A stretch of DNA of 64,000 nt from Candidatus Norongarragalinales archaeon (GCA_036004805.1 DASYRB010000026.1:4938-68937), one strand, 5' to 3'. Counted from the stretch's first letter, positions 25,148 through 34,596 are shown. The notes: generated from the letters alone by a model not told the origin. Program-made: numbers and translations.

Positions 25148-26404
25148 TTGCGAATCGAGTTCTTAGGAGCTTGTCGCGAGGTCGGCAGAAGCGCCTTTGT
25201 CATCGACGACAACGATTACCGCTTCCAGCTCGACAGTGGCGTGAAGGTTCACGACCATTTCGAAGCGCATCAAGAACCGAAAAACCCGGTAAAGTCAATA
25301 ATCACGACGCACGCGCACTTGGATCACAGCGGCGCGTTGCCGAAAAGCTTCAAACACCACCCAGCAATCGCGTTCACCACCTTCCCTACTATTCCGTTGA
25401 TCGATTTGCTTGTTGAGGATTCGATAAAGATCGCGAGACAGGAAGGAAAAACGTTGCCGATTTCGCGTGCGGAAGTGAAGAGCATGCAGAAGAACCTGAT
25501 TCCTCTGCCCTACAACAAGCGCGTACCCTTGACGAAGAAGAGCGAGTTCGAGTTGTTCGACGCGGGGCACATTCTCGGAAGCGCGCAAGTCATGTATCGC
25601 GGCGGAAAGAACGTTTTCTATACCGGCGATTTTCGTTCCTCGCCCTCGCGTCTGCATGCAGGGGCTTCGTTTCCCAAGGAGAGCGTGGATGCGTTGATCA
25701 TTGAGAGCAGTTACGCGATGCGCGCGCAGCCCAAGCGCGACGAGGTGGAACAGCGCTTTGCGGACGCGGTGCAGTCAGCGGTGGAGGAAGGGCGTACGGT
25801 TTTGATTCCTTGTTTTGCGATCGGCAGAACGCAGGAAGTGTTGATGGTTCTCAAGTCGCGCGGAGTGAAAGCCAATATTCACCTCGACGGAATGGGTCGC
25901 GAAGTGAACAAGATCTATCACGATTATCCGACATACCTGAAGAACGCGGAAGCGCTGACCGCAGCGATAGAGGATTCCACGACAGTGATCGATCGTGCTG
26001 AGCGGAAGAAGATCGTGAAAGAGCCTGGCGTAATCATCGCCGGCAGTGGCATGCTCGAGGGCGGTACTGCTTTGAGTTACATTCAGAAGTTGAACGAGTT
26101 GGGGAAGGGCGCGGTTATGCTGACGGGTTTTCAAGTGAATGGCTGCAATGGCGACACGCTGCTGCGCCAAGGTTTTGTGAAGGACCGCGGAAAGACGGTC
26201 AAGATCAAGCTGCCGGTGCAGCTGCATAACTTCAGCGCGCACGCGACTCCTGAAGACCTGCGTGATGCGGTGAAGCGTTTGGGCCCTGAGAAAGTGTTTT
26301 GCGTGCACGGCGAGCCCGAGGGTTGTGACGCGTTCGCGAAGGAGTTGCGCGAGCAGGGTTTTGACGCGAGCGCGCCGCGAGCCGGTACCGCGGTAGAGTT
26401 CTGA
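25148..26404 (+). CDS. Metallo-beta-lactamase fold / beta-CASP ribonuclease (aCPSF2 / RNase J-like).
   Basis: 418 aa. Motif II THAHLDHSG. Later D/H motifs. Begins 5 nt after the thioredoxin gene. Confidence 0.75.
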   Translation: MRIEFLGACREVGRSAFVIDDNDYRFQLDSGVKVHDHFEAHQEPKNPVKSIITTHAHLDHSGALPKSFKHHPAIAFTTFPTIPLIDLLVEDSIKIARQEGKTLPISRAEVKSMQKNLIPLPYNKRVPLTKKSEFELFDAGHILGSAQVMYRGGKNVFYTGDFRSSPSRLHAGASFPKESVDALIIESSYAMRAQPKRDEVEQRFADAVQSAVEEGRTVLIPCFAIGRTQEVLMVLKSRGVKANIHLDGMGREVNKIYHDYPTYLKNAEALTAAIEDSTTVIDRAERKKIVKEPGVIIAGSGMLEGGTALSYIQKLNELGKGAVMLTGFQVNGCNGDTLLRQGFVKDRGKTVKIKLPVQLHNFSAHATPEDLRDAVKRLGPEKVFCVHGEPEGCDAFAKELREQGFDASAPRAGTAVEF

Positions 26405-26476
26405 AAAAAGCGTCCTCGCGTCCGTCTTTATTACTGTCTTTCTGCACAATTTTTCCTAAGGTAAAGAACAGGAAAA

Positions 26477-26902
26477 ATGCTTCAGACGTTGACGGCTCTT
26501 TTTGAAGAGCGTGAATTGATTCACACGAAGGGTTTGCAGCTGCGCTTCGACCCGTTGCATCGCGCGTTGACATTGAACGGTTACATTTCTTTGTCCCGTT
26601 ACGAAGGTCTTGGTACTGGCGATGAGCGTTACAAGGGTGGCGAGAGCAGGCAGGTGAAGAGCGCGTTGGCGAAGGTCATGGAGCATGGCAACATGGTGAT
26701 TGAAGTGTCATTGGAGCCGAGCATGAACGCGCGCACTGTCGGAGCTTATCACTTCCACATTACTGAAACTCTTGATTCCCTCGAGGATCTCGTTGCTGAA
26801 GTGGATCGCGTGCGTGCCGCGGGCTTCATTGATGCTTGCTATTATCCCGTGCACGGGCCCGAGGAAGAGCACCTGCATAAAGAGTTCCGCTTACAGGGCT
26901 AG
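26477..26902 (+). CDS. Hypothetical protein (141 aa).
   Basis: Clean ORF after the RNase gene. No recognisable motif. Confidence 0.4.
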   Translation: MLQTLTALFEERELIHTKGLQLRFDPLHRALTLNGYISLSRYEGLGTGDERYKGGESRQVKSALAKVMEHGNMVIEVSLEPSMNARTVGAYHFHITETLDSLEDLVAEVDRVRAAGFIDACYYPVHGPEEEHLHKEFRLQG

Positions 26903-26913
26903 TTTTTTTTTTG

Positions 26914-29082
26914 CTAGGCGCGTTTCCATTCTTGCCCCGTGTGCGCTGGTGGTATGATGGCGACGGTTTCGAGTTCTTTTTTGCGCATGTAGAATGCTAT
27001 GACCGCGAGACCGGCGAGGACCGCGATTGCGGAGAGAATGTAGCCGGTGCAGACGCCAGCGGTTTTTGATTTGAACACGGGGCAGGCGGCGAGTTCGGCT
27101 TCTTGTTGTTGCAGTTGTGCCTGTGTTAAGTTGATGGGAGAGACGACTCCGCCTTGATCTGTTTGGTTGTAGTTGGTCGCGACGCTCTCGATGAGTAACG
27201 GCTCGCCCATGAGTCCTTGAATCGTGATCTTGTAAGTGCCCGCTTCTTCCGCGATGAACGTGATCCTTCCGTCGATCTTGGATTTTGTCGTGAATTGTCT
27301 GCCGCTCGGGAACTGAACGACCACCTGCACGTTGTACATGGGGTTGCCGTTCTGGTCGCGGATCACGATCTCGATGGTTTGTCCTTGAGTGACTGTTTGC
27401 GGCGCGGTGATCCTTGGCTGCTGCGTGACGCTCGCGGTGGGTTGCGGGGTCGGCGTTGGTGTCGGCGTCGCGGTCGTTGTGGGCGTGGGTGTCGGTGTGG
27501 GCGTGCTGCCGCCGCTGCCGAACGTCTGGTTGGAAGCGTTGAGCGTTAGCGTGATGAACGTCGTGTCGTTGATGAAGTAGAACAAGTCGGGGTTGCTGTA
27601 GTAGCCTTCAGCACCGACGAATAACTGGTGGCTCGTGTACATGATGACGGCGCTGTTGTTGTAGTTCGTGTTCCACGTCGCGCTCGCGTTCTGCAAGTAT
27701 TCGGTGAGGAATTGTTTTGGTATTTGTCCGTTGCTCGCGGTTTGTCCGCTGAACGCGGTCGTGGTGCGATTATCTTTTATTGTTATGACGGTGTTGGCGA
27801 TGGGCGTGCCGTTCTGTGCTTGCGTCTTGACGTCCGTGCCCCATTGCACCGTGAGGTTGCTGTTGTCGAAGAAGTTTTGGCGCGAGCGGTTGAACGTTAC
27901 CGACAAGAACTTGATGCTAGAGTTGCTTGAAGCGTTCGTTTCTGTAGTGGCGTTCGAGAAGCTGGAAGCGTCGATAATTATTTGCGATTGTGACGTTGCG
28001 CGCATTCCTTCGTTCAGGTTTTGGAACGACTCGCTTGAAAAGTTCGCGTTGCTGGCGTAAACCAGCACGCCGACGATGGTGGCGTTCTTGATGGTGTCGC
28101 CCGTGGTTTTGGCGCTGGCGTTGGTGAAGTTCATCGCGATGGAAGAGTTCGTGATCGTGAGTCCGGAGAGCGTCTGGTTCGTGCCCGTGATGCTTATTCC
28201 TTGCGTGTTGTTCGTGAGCGTTGCGGACTGCAGTATGTGTCCGTGTTGGTATAGCGCAACGCCGTAACGCGTGTTGCCGAGCGCGGTTATCGAGTTGAAA
28301 TAAGTCCAGTTCGTGTTCGTCCTGAAGCCGTCCTGATTGTTGTTCGAGAATGAAGACGAAATTATGACGTACCTGTCCTCGATGAGCATTCCGTACTGCG
28401 TGTTTTGACGCGTCGTGACGTTGTTCAGGCCGTGCGAGCCGCTGCCGTTCGTGTGCAGCCCGTAAAGGTTTTGGTAGATGTCAGTGTGCTGTATTGTGGC
28501 GTTGAAATCGTCCAGCAGCAATCCTTCCGCGCTGTTGTTGTTCGCGACACTTCCTGAAATGACCGCTTTCGGCGCCGTGAGGTGAATACCCGTTCCGCCG
28601 TTGCTTGACGCGGTGATGCCCCAAGCTTGCAGGAAAGAGCCGCCCGTCAGGCTGAATCCTTCTCCCGTGTTGTTTTGCGCGTAGGATTGCGTTATGGTGG
28701 AATAGTTTGAACTGCCGAGGATGACGATGCCGTTCGTGCCGCTGTTCGCGGTGTTGTTCGTGAGGTTGGTTTTTTGTGAGTCGAGCGCGCGGATAGCGTT
28801 CGCAAAGTTCTGGACGAAACAGTTCGTGACCGTGACGTTGCTCGAGGAACTGACGAATATGCCGTCGCCGGTGTAAGAGCCGTTGATCTTGAAGCCGGCA
28901 CAGTCGAGCGTGACGTTCGCGGCGGTGATCGTGATGCACGTGCCCGTGTTGAACAAGGTCGCGTTGAGCGCGTAGCTTTCTCCCGGAGTCGAGAGCGTGG
29001 TGCACGTGCCGACGTTCGTCTGTGCAAACGCACGGCTGGCGAGAATCGTGACGAGAACGAGAAGGATTGCTAACTTTTTCAT
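26914..29082 (-). CDS. Secreted parallel-beta-helix (PbH1 / NosD-like) surface glycoprotein with a Thr/Pro linker, an Ig-like domain and a C-terminal TM anchor.
   Basis: 722 aa. N-terminal signal peptide MKKLAILLVLVTILASRAFA. Dense N-x-S/T sequons and beta-helix repeats (NNTANSGTNGIVILGSS...). Linker TPTPTPTPTTTATPTPTPTPQPT. C-terminal YILSAIAVLAGLAVIAFYMRKK. Confidence 0.75.
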   Translation of the reverse strand: MKKLAILLVLVTILASRAFAQTNVGTCTTLSTPGESYALNATLFNTGTCITITAANVTLDCAGFKINGSYTGDGIFVSSSSNVTVTNCFVQNFANAIRALDSQKTNLTNNTANSGTNGIVILGSSNYSTITQSYAQNNTGEGFSLTGGSFLQAWGITASSNGGTGIHLTAPKAVISGSVANNNSAEGLLLDDFNATIQHTDIYQNLYGLHTNGSGSHGLNNVTTRQNTQYGMLIEDRYVIISSSFSNNNQDGFRTNTNWTYFNSITALGNTRYGVALYQHGHILQSATLTNNTQGISITGTNQTLSGLTITNSSIAMNFTNASAKTTGDTIKNATIVGVLVYASNANFSSESFQNLNEGMRATSQSQIIIDASSFSNATTETNASSNSSIKFLSVTFNRSRQNFFDNSNLTVQWGTDVKTQAQNGTPIANTVITIKDNRTTTAFSGQTASNGQIPKQFLTEYLQNASATWNTNYNNSAVIMYTSHQLFVGAEGYYSNPDLFYFINDTTFITLTLNASNQTFGSGGSTPTPTPTPTTTATPTPTPTPQPTASVTQQPRITAPQTVTQGQTIEIVIRDQNGNPMYNVQVVVQFPSGRQFTTKSKIDGRITFIAEEAGTYKITIQGLMGEPLLIESVATNYNQTDQGGVVSPINLTQAQLQQQEAELAACPVFKSKTAGVCTGYILSAIAVLAGLAVIAFYMRKKELETVAIIPPAHTGQEWKRA

Positions 29083-29182
29083 TGCGCCCTAAGCACGCTT
29101 TTTTCTTTTTTTTGTGCAGATTGTGGAGGTCTTGTGGGTTTAGAAGAGTTTGGTGCAAAGTAGCCAACGGGCTCGTTTTGGG

Positions 29183-30481
29183 CTAGTCGCTGGCGATTAT
29201 TTCGTTGCGCTGGTAGCCGTGTTGTTTTTCGAACTCCGATTCTTCAATGATGTCCTTGATCATCAACGCGTAGTGCTTGAGGTTTGCCGAGTCGATCGCG
29301 TGGCCGCCCGGCATCTCGTTGACGTAGACTCCGGCTTCGTCGAGAGTGTCGCCGTATTTTCGCAGGTATTGCTTGTCCTTTGTGCCGATGACGCTGTCGT
29401 TCGTGCGCAGGAACGCGGTGATGGGCGCGACTCTCGAGGGTATTTTTGAGAACGCGAGCAGCATTTTTTGGTCGTGCGGCCTGCCCTTGAGCGCCGAGAG
29501 CCGCTCGTTGAGGATTTGTTTTTGGATGTCTTGTATTTTTTGCGCGATCTCTCTTCTCTTGTAGACTTTTGTTGTCGCTGTGCGCTTGAGGGCTTCGATG
29601 CTTTTTTCGAGCCGCTGGACTTTTTCCGTTCGTGTCTCTTTCTCGATGGTCGTGCGCAGGAGGCTGGCGGTCTTGATGAGTTGTTCGTAGTGGTCGACCG
29701 CGTCGGGGAATCTTGGCACATGCTTGGCTTCTTTGGGTATCGCGTGGATCTTGACTCGCGTGAGGCTGCCGAGCTTGACGCTGCTCTTCCTGCCGCGCAC
29801 GAGGTTCGCGATGATGACTTTTATTTTTCTTTTCCAGTTGCCAGGAATGTCGGTCAGCACGAAGTGCGTGGAGAGAACGTTGCGAAGGAAGTAGCGCCAT
29901 GGCAGGTTCTTGTGCCTGATCGCGCTGTACAACAGCTTCATGTGTCTGGCGTTCTTGAAGTCTTCGACGGGAGCGAGCGTGATGATTTGCGGGATTTCGG
30001 GCAGCTCGTGGAGCGGGTGTTTGCCGTACGCGTGCGTGAGTCCGTCGACGACGATTGGCGCGGCGAAGCTGTGCGCGTGTATGTAGGCGCGGTCGATGCC
30101 TTTCTCTTTCTTGAGGTAGTGGAGGGTTTTTCCTACGTCGCGGATCATTTGAGGCACGTTCAACGGCAGCAACGTTTTGCCATGTCCGCGTTGGTCCACG
30201 ACCGCCACGTTCATGCCGTCATCGTTCAGGGCACGGATGAATTTCCGCGTGCCAGCGCTCTCCATCGACGTCGTGATTCCAGGAAAGTGGACGACGAATG
30301 GCGCGTTGTCATTTTCTTCCACCGTGACCGTTTTCTTGTTCCCGTCCTTGTCCGTCACTTCGTGCTTCGTGACCTTGACGCGTCGGAAGATCCTGCCTTG
30401 CAGGAATCCCTTGCTGCCTAGCGCTACGGGAATCTTGATGTCTTCTTGGCGTATGTCGACGCGTTGTTCAGCTCTAGCCAT
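29183..30481 (-). CDS. Alpha/beta-hydrolase-fold protein with a long helical insertion.
   Basis: Start moved to MARAEQRVDIRQ. HG-type oxyanion region FVVHFPGITTSMES...VVDQRGHGKT. Nucleophile elbow IHAHSFAAP. C-terminal PGGHAIDS. The 62-codon upstream extension overlaps the divergent 30580 gene. Confidence 0.5.
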   Translation of the reverse strand: MARAEQRVDIRQEDIKIPVALGSKGFLQGRIFRRVKVTKHEVTDKDGNKKTVTVEENDNAPFVVHFPGITTSMESAGTRKFIRALNDDGMNVAVVDQRGHGKTLLPLNVPQMIRDVGKTLHYLKKEKGIDRAYIHAHSFAAPIVVDGLTHAYGKHPLHELPEIPQIITLAPVEDFKNARHMKLLYSAIRHKNLPWRYFLRNVLSTHFVLTDIPGNWKRKIKVIIANLVRGRKSSVKLGSLTRVKIHAIPKEAKHVPRFPDAVDHYEQLIKTASLLRTTIEKETRTEKVQRLEKSIEALKRTATTKVYKRREIAQKIQDIQKQILNERLSALKGRPHDQKMLLAFSKIPSRVAPITAFLRTNDSVIGTKDKQYLRKYGDTLDEAGVYVNEMPGGHAIDSANLKHYALMIKDIIEESEFEKQHGYQRNEIIASD

Positions 30482-30579
30482 TTTTGCGCTTGCTTCCTCT
30501 TGCAGGAATTGTTTAGCGCGGTGGCTCGTTTTTATTGTGTCGCTAGTTAAAAATTTCTCAAAAGAAAAAAGTTTTTCCC

Positions 30580-31362
30580 ATGTTACAAAATACTTTTTTG
30601 TTGTTGCTTTTCGCGCTCCTGTGCGCTGGCTGTGTTCAGGGCGCGCAGTTCTCAAAGCCCGCGCCATCGCCCACGCCGCAGGGCCTGGAAGCGAGCGTCG
30701 CTCTTTTTCACTCCTCGGCCGTCGATTTCACCAAGCGGCATCCCGATTACGCGGTGTCGCTCCACTACTTTACGGCGGAAGAGTTCAGTGATAACTATCG
30801 CACGATACAGGCACAGTGCGGACCGCTGCCCTTGAGGAACTATACGCAGGTCGCGCTGCGAGGAGGTAATGAGAACTTGTTCCTAATCGTCGATGCGCAA
30901 GCGAGGAGCGTGGTTTGCAGCAGCGCGCAGCCCTACGCGCCGTCTTATCCGCCGGCGCCTCTCGTCGAGAACACGACCACCGCGAGTTCTTGCGTGCCAC
31001 TGCTTTTGCCTTATTCTCAAGAAGGGCGGGTTTTTGCGAGGCAGTTGTTCTTCAACGCGATCGCTTCCGGGTTTTGCGCGTGCGCTTCTCGTTTCGATGA
31101 TGACATCGAGAGCTTCCGTTATCAGCAATTGTTGAAATTCGAGCCTTCCATCGCGGCTGCAGCGGAAAAGACGAACGCTTCAAGGAGTAACGCGCAGCGT
31201 GAGTTGCGGTTGTTGTCTGGTTCATTGAACTCGAGCAATTTGAACAGTTCTGCGAGTACGGTTTCTTCTTTCAAGAGCGATTTTGCCGATTTCTATAGAG
31301 AGGATTGCGCGATCGAGGATGCGTGGTTCAGTCAGTTGCGTTTCGAGCTATCCGAACGTTAG
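30580..31362 (+). CDS. Secreted (lipoprotein-like signal) hypothetical protein.
   Basis: MLQNTFLLLLFALLCAGCVQGA signal with a Cys near the cleavage site. 260 aa. No known domain. Confidence 0.5.
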   Translation: MLQNTFLLLLFALLCAGCVQGAQFSKPAPSPTPQGLEASVALFHSSAVDFTKRHPDYAVSLHYFTAEEFSDNYRTIQAQCGPLPLRNYTQVALRGGNENLFLIVDAQARSVVCSSAQPYAPSYPPAPLVENTTTASSCVPLLLPYSQEGRVFARQLFFNAIASGFCACASRFDDDIESFRYQQLLKFEPSIAAAAEKTNASRSNAQRELRLLSGSLNSSNLNSSASTVSSFKSDFADFYREDCAIEDAWFSQLRFELSER

Positions 31363-32262
31363 CGCGAATGCGCGGATGGCGGTTTTTGGAAGGATTCTCA
31401 GTTCCGCCTCACGCGGTTTTTTCGAGCGGAACACGTTGTACATGCGTCTCGAGTCGAGCGCGAGCTTGCCGTTCTTGACGTCGCTTCCACCGTCGCTGTC
31501 AGCGATGGGTTTGCCGTCGATCGTGACATCGACGCTTTTGGTCTTGAGCGGGTCGATCACGATGTTGACTTCTTTTGCGAAGAACTTGTACGCGAAATGA
31601 CCCGTGCCCTCGACGTGTTCTTTTTCTTGGTGCCATTCGCCTTGGAGATAGATGATGTCGCGTTCGTGCTTGCCTTGGTCGAGGTAGCGACAAGCGCCGC
31701 CGGGCAGGCAAACGCCACTCGAGCCTATCTCGCCTCGCGCAGAGCCGGCGTATGTTTCGGGGGATTGTCCAGCGGTGTATGACGGCTGGGTCTCTTCACC
31801 GAGCGATTCTTTGATGCCGAGTAGTTGTTGTATTTGTCGCTCGGTTTCTTTGTAGCCGCCTTCGCCGAAGTGCGTGTAGCGAATCACGCCGTTCTTGTCC
31901 ACTAGGTATTTCGCGGGCCAGTAGTGGTTGCTGAAAGCGTTCCAAGTCGCCATGTCGCTGTCGAGAGCCACCGGCCATTTGACGTTCAAGCGTTTGACCG
32001 CGTCTTTCACGTTCTCGAGCTTGCCTTCGAACTCGAACTCTGGCGCGTGTACGCCGACGATGACGAGTCCTTTTTTCGCGTATTTTTCGTGCCACGCGCG
32101 AATGTACGGCAGCGTGCGCAAGCAGTTGATGCAGGTGTACGTCCAGAAATCGACGAGGACGACTTTGCCCTTGAGCTCGCTCATCGTCAAGGGCTTGGTG
32201 TTGAGCCACGCGTTGATTCCTGTGAAGTCGGGCGCTTTGCGGTTGGCAGAAAAAAGCTCCAT
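31348..32262 (-). CDS. Thioredoxin-fold thiol:disulfide oxidoreductase (TlpA/ResA/DipZ C-terminal-like) with an additional C-terminal beta-sandwich domain.
   Basis: Start moved to MELFSANRKAPDFTGINAW. Redoxin motif VLVDFWTYTCINCLRTLPYI. About 180 extra C-terminal residues, as in the DipZ C-terminal soluble region. Confidence 0.65.
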   Translation of the reverse strand: MELFSANRKAPDFTGINAWLNTKPLTMSELKGKVVLVDFWTYTCINCLRTLPYIRAWHEKYAKKGLVIVGVHAPEFEFEGKLENVKDAVKRLNVKWPVALDSDMATWNAFSNHYWPAKYLVDKNGVIRYTHFGEGGYKETERQIQQLLGIKESLGEETQPSYTAGQSPETYAGSARGEIGSSGVCLPGGACRYLDQGKHERDIIYLQGEWHQEKEHVEGTGHFAYKFFAKEVNIVIDPLKTKSVDVTIDGKPIADSDGGSDVKNGKLALDSRRMYNVFRSKKPREAELRILPKTAIRAFALTFG

Positions 32263-32343
32263 TGTTTCTCGGGACGGGTTTTCTTTGAGGACGGTTTTAA
32301 AACAACGCTTTACCCAACGCTCTTTCGGAGAATCAAAAACAAA

Positions 32344-34587
32344 ATGCATGAGCAAGTACCGGTAGACGAGACGCTCGCAAAACAAGGCGTCAGGGCGATC
32401 AGGCACGGCTCCTTCAAACACCCATTGCTCATCGCGCAGCACGGTTCTCACATCGACATCGTCGGCATGCTCGCGTTCTCAGACGCGGAAAGACAGAACA
32501 TGCTGAACAAGAGAATCGCGGAACTGGGCAGTTACAAGGACAAAGCGAAACAACTCGCGGACCGAGACCGCAACCTGAAAGCCGCCAAGCCCAGCATCGA
32601 GCGCTTGCAGACCCTCGAAAAAGTGGAAATGCTCGAAGGACAGATTAAAGCCATCGCCAACGCCGCGTTCTCCGCAGGCATTCCCGACGACAGCGCGGAC
32701 AAGGTGTCGCGCGCGATCTCTCAAGAAATGAACGGCGTGCCCGTGCGCGTGCTGCGACAATCAAGTGCCACGAGCGACATTCGCGCGAAAAAAATCAAGT
32801 CGGAAGTCCACACACACACTTTCGAAGAGCTTCATGCGAGCCTCGACAGCCAAGAAGAAAAAGCCCAACCCGCCGCCGCGGCGCCTGGAGAACTGCCCGC
32901 AATAGTCATTCCCGAATCCACCACGCCCGAACGCAAGGTAAGGATCGGTCCGCCGGGTCGCTTGATGCAGCCGCCGCCTGAAGCGTTCGCGGTTTCAAGC
33001 AGAAAAGAGCCGAGAGTGGTGACGACGGTCACTGGTGGCCGCGGGGTGAAGAGCGAGAGCGACGCCTGGTTCGACCTCATCGACCGATCTCTCGACGCCA
33101 CGAACTCTCTCAGGGAAGAGATAACATCACTGCAAGAAAAACTGAAGCACACCGAAGACGCGCGCGTGAGTGAAAAAAGAGCACTCGACGATCGCTTGAG
33201 ACATGCGGAAGAAAGAGCCAAGCTGGGCGACACTGAAGCGAAGCGAGAGATCGCGTCACTCAAGAACGACCTCGAAGGACTCAAAGCCAAAACTAATGGA
33301 GAAATAACGCAGCTCAAGAGCCACATCCTCACACTGCAGGAACAACTCCGCGATTCCCACACGCACCTGCAAGAAGCCCGTGAATTCATCGAAAAACAAG
33401 AACGCGACATCTCCTCCAAACAAACCGAGATCAACCGCCTCGGCGAACAACTCAAAGAACTCGACCGAGAAAGACAAGAATACTTCTCGCAAGGCGCCAA
33501 GAGCGAAGCGGACAAGGAACGCGCGCGTCAAGAGTTCGCGAGAAGACGCGACGAACTCGTGCGCCAGATGAACGCAAAACAAGAACAGCTCGACCGCACG
33601 CAAGCCAACCTCTCCGCGCTGGACTCGAAAATCAGACAGTTCAAACAAGAACTCGAAGAAGCACGCCTCGCCGCGAGAGAAGGAGAAGAGAGCTTTGACG
33701 ATTACCGCAAAAAAGCGATGGGCTGGGTAGGCAAGCTGCGTGATACGCGCACCGAACTACGCGAAGCACTTCGCCACGCCGGCACACAGCTCGGCGCTTT
33801 CCAATCACAACTCGAACGCTCCGAAGATCTTCGAAGAATGGCCGAGAAGAACTTGAACGCGATGAAGCGCAAAGAGCAAGAATTGTCCTCGCTCTTGACC
33901 TCGCGCGAGAAAAAACTCGCACAACTCGAACAATCACTCAAAACGGCACAGGCGGAACTCGAGCAAGCAAGAACGCGTGCCACGAGCGAATACGATCATG
34001 GCAAACAACTCGAAAACGAGCTCGCTGCCGCGCAGAAGCGCGGCGAAGACGTGTCAAGCATCCGTGGACAGCTCTTCGAGAGCAAAGCGCTCATCGAGGC
34101 TTCTCTCAAGAACGCGCGCCGAGCGGAAGAACAGCTCAAAAAAGCGCTCGCTGAAAAAGAAAAACTGGGCAAGGATTTCGAAAAGCTCTCACAACAACAC
34201 GCCAAAAGCAAGCAGGAACTAGAACACGCTCACAACAAGCTCGAAGAAACGTTGGGAGAACAGGAACGCCTGAAACGCGCGTTGGAAGAGAAAGCAGTCG
34301 CGGCAGTGCCTGAAGCGATCTCTCGCGCGTCCGCACCTTACTCCGAACCTGCGCAAGTCTCGCGCATCTCTGCAAGACCTACGACTAGCATAACGTTCCA
34401 AACCACTACTGCCGCTGCGGCGAAGCGCGCGGAAGAAAAACCGAAAGGCGGCGGTAGTGATGAGAAAGAGAAAAGCAAGCCGGTCTCGCTCGGTGGTGTG
34501 AAGATCAACGAGGAAGAGCTATGGGTGCTCGTGATATTCATTCTGGTAGTGATGGCGATATTTTTCGCGCTCGCAGCCTTTCGCTAA
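32344..34587 (+). CDS. Tail-anchored long coiled-coil protein (about 747 aa, C-terminal TM helix).
   Basis: Track ORF 31924..34587. Start moved to ATG at 32344 (MHEQVPVDETLAKQG...) because the upstream part is antisense to the redoxin gene. Hundreds of residues of heptad-rich E/K/R/L/Q sequence. C-terminal LWVLVIFILVVMAIFFALAAFR. Confidence 0.65.
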   Translation: MHEQVPVDETLAKQGVRAIRHGSFKHPLLIAQHGSHIDIVGMLAFSDAERQNMLNKRIAELGSYKDKAKQLADRDRNLKAAKPSIERLQTLEKVEMLEGQIKAIANAAFSAGIPDDSADKVSRAISQEMNGVPVRVLRQSSATSDIRAKKIKSEVHTHTFEELHASLDSQEEKAQPAAAAPGELPAIVIPESTTPERKVRIGPPGRLMQPPPEAFAVSSRKEPRVVTTVTGGRGVKSESDAWFDLIDRSLDATNSLREEITSLQEKLKHTEDARVSEKRALDDRLRHAEERAKLGDTEAKREIASLKNDLEGLKAKTNGEITQLKSHILTLQEQLRDSHTHLQEAREFIEKQERDISSKQTEINRLGEQLKELDRERQEYFSQGAKSEADKERARQEFARRRDELVRQMNAKQEQLDRTQANLSALDSKIRQFKQELEEARLAAREGEESFDDYRKKAMGWVGKLRDTRTELREALRHAGTQLGAFQSQLERSEDLRRMAEKNLNAMKRKEQELSSLLTSREKKLAQLEQSLKTAQAELEQARTRATSEYDHGKQLENELAAAQKRGEDVSSIRGQLFESKALIEASLKNARRAEEQLKKALAEKEKLGKDFEKLSQQHAKSKQELEHAHNKLEETLGEQERLKRALEEKAVAAVPEAISRASAPYSEPAQVSRISARPTTSITFQTTTAAAAKRAEEKPKGGGSDEKEKSKPVSLGGVKINEEELWVLVIFILVVMAIFFALAAFR

Positions 34588-34596
34588 AAAACTTTT

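Noticed and set aside
27389-27580. Possible CRISPR-like or tandem DNA repeat (GVGVGV ORF at 27389..27580, and similar at 51250..51459 and 54539..54823).
   Set aside because: The repeats are degenerate, not spaced by unique spacers, and sit inside long minus-strand coding frames where they encode Thr/Pro linkers. They are coding microsatellites, not CRISPR.
30420-30541. Apparent compensating plus/minus 1-nt discrepancy between the displayed sequence and the ORF-track translations near the line breaks at 30420/30421 and 30540/30541.
   Set aside because: Track ORFs on both strands read through continuously and coordinates either side agree with the displayed sequence, so this is most likely a display or transcription artefact rather than a biological frameshift or pseudogene. 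Track coordinates were used.
31924-32343. N-terminal 140 codons of track ORF 31924..34587.
   Set aside because: Antisense to the redoxin gene (31348..32262). The coiled-coil protein more plausibly starts at ATG 32344.
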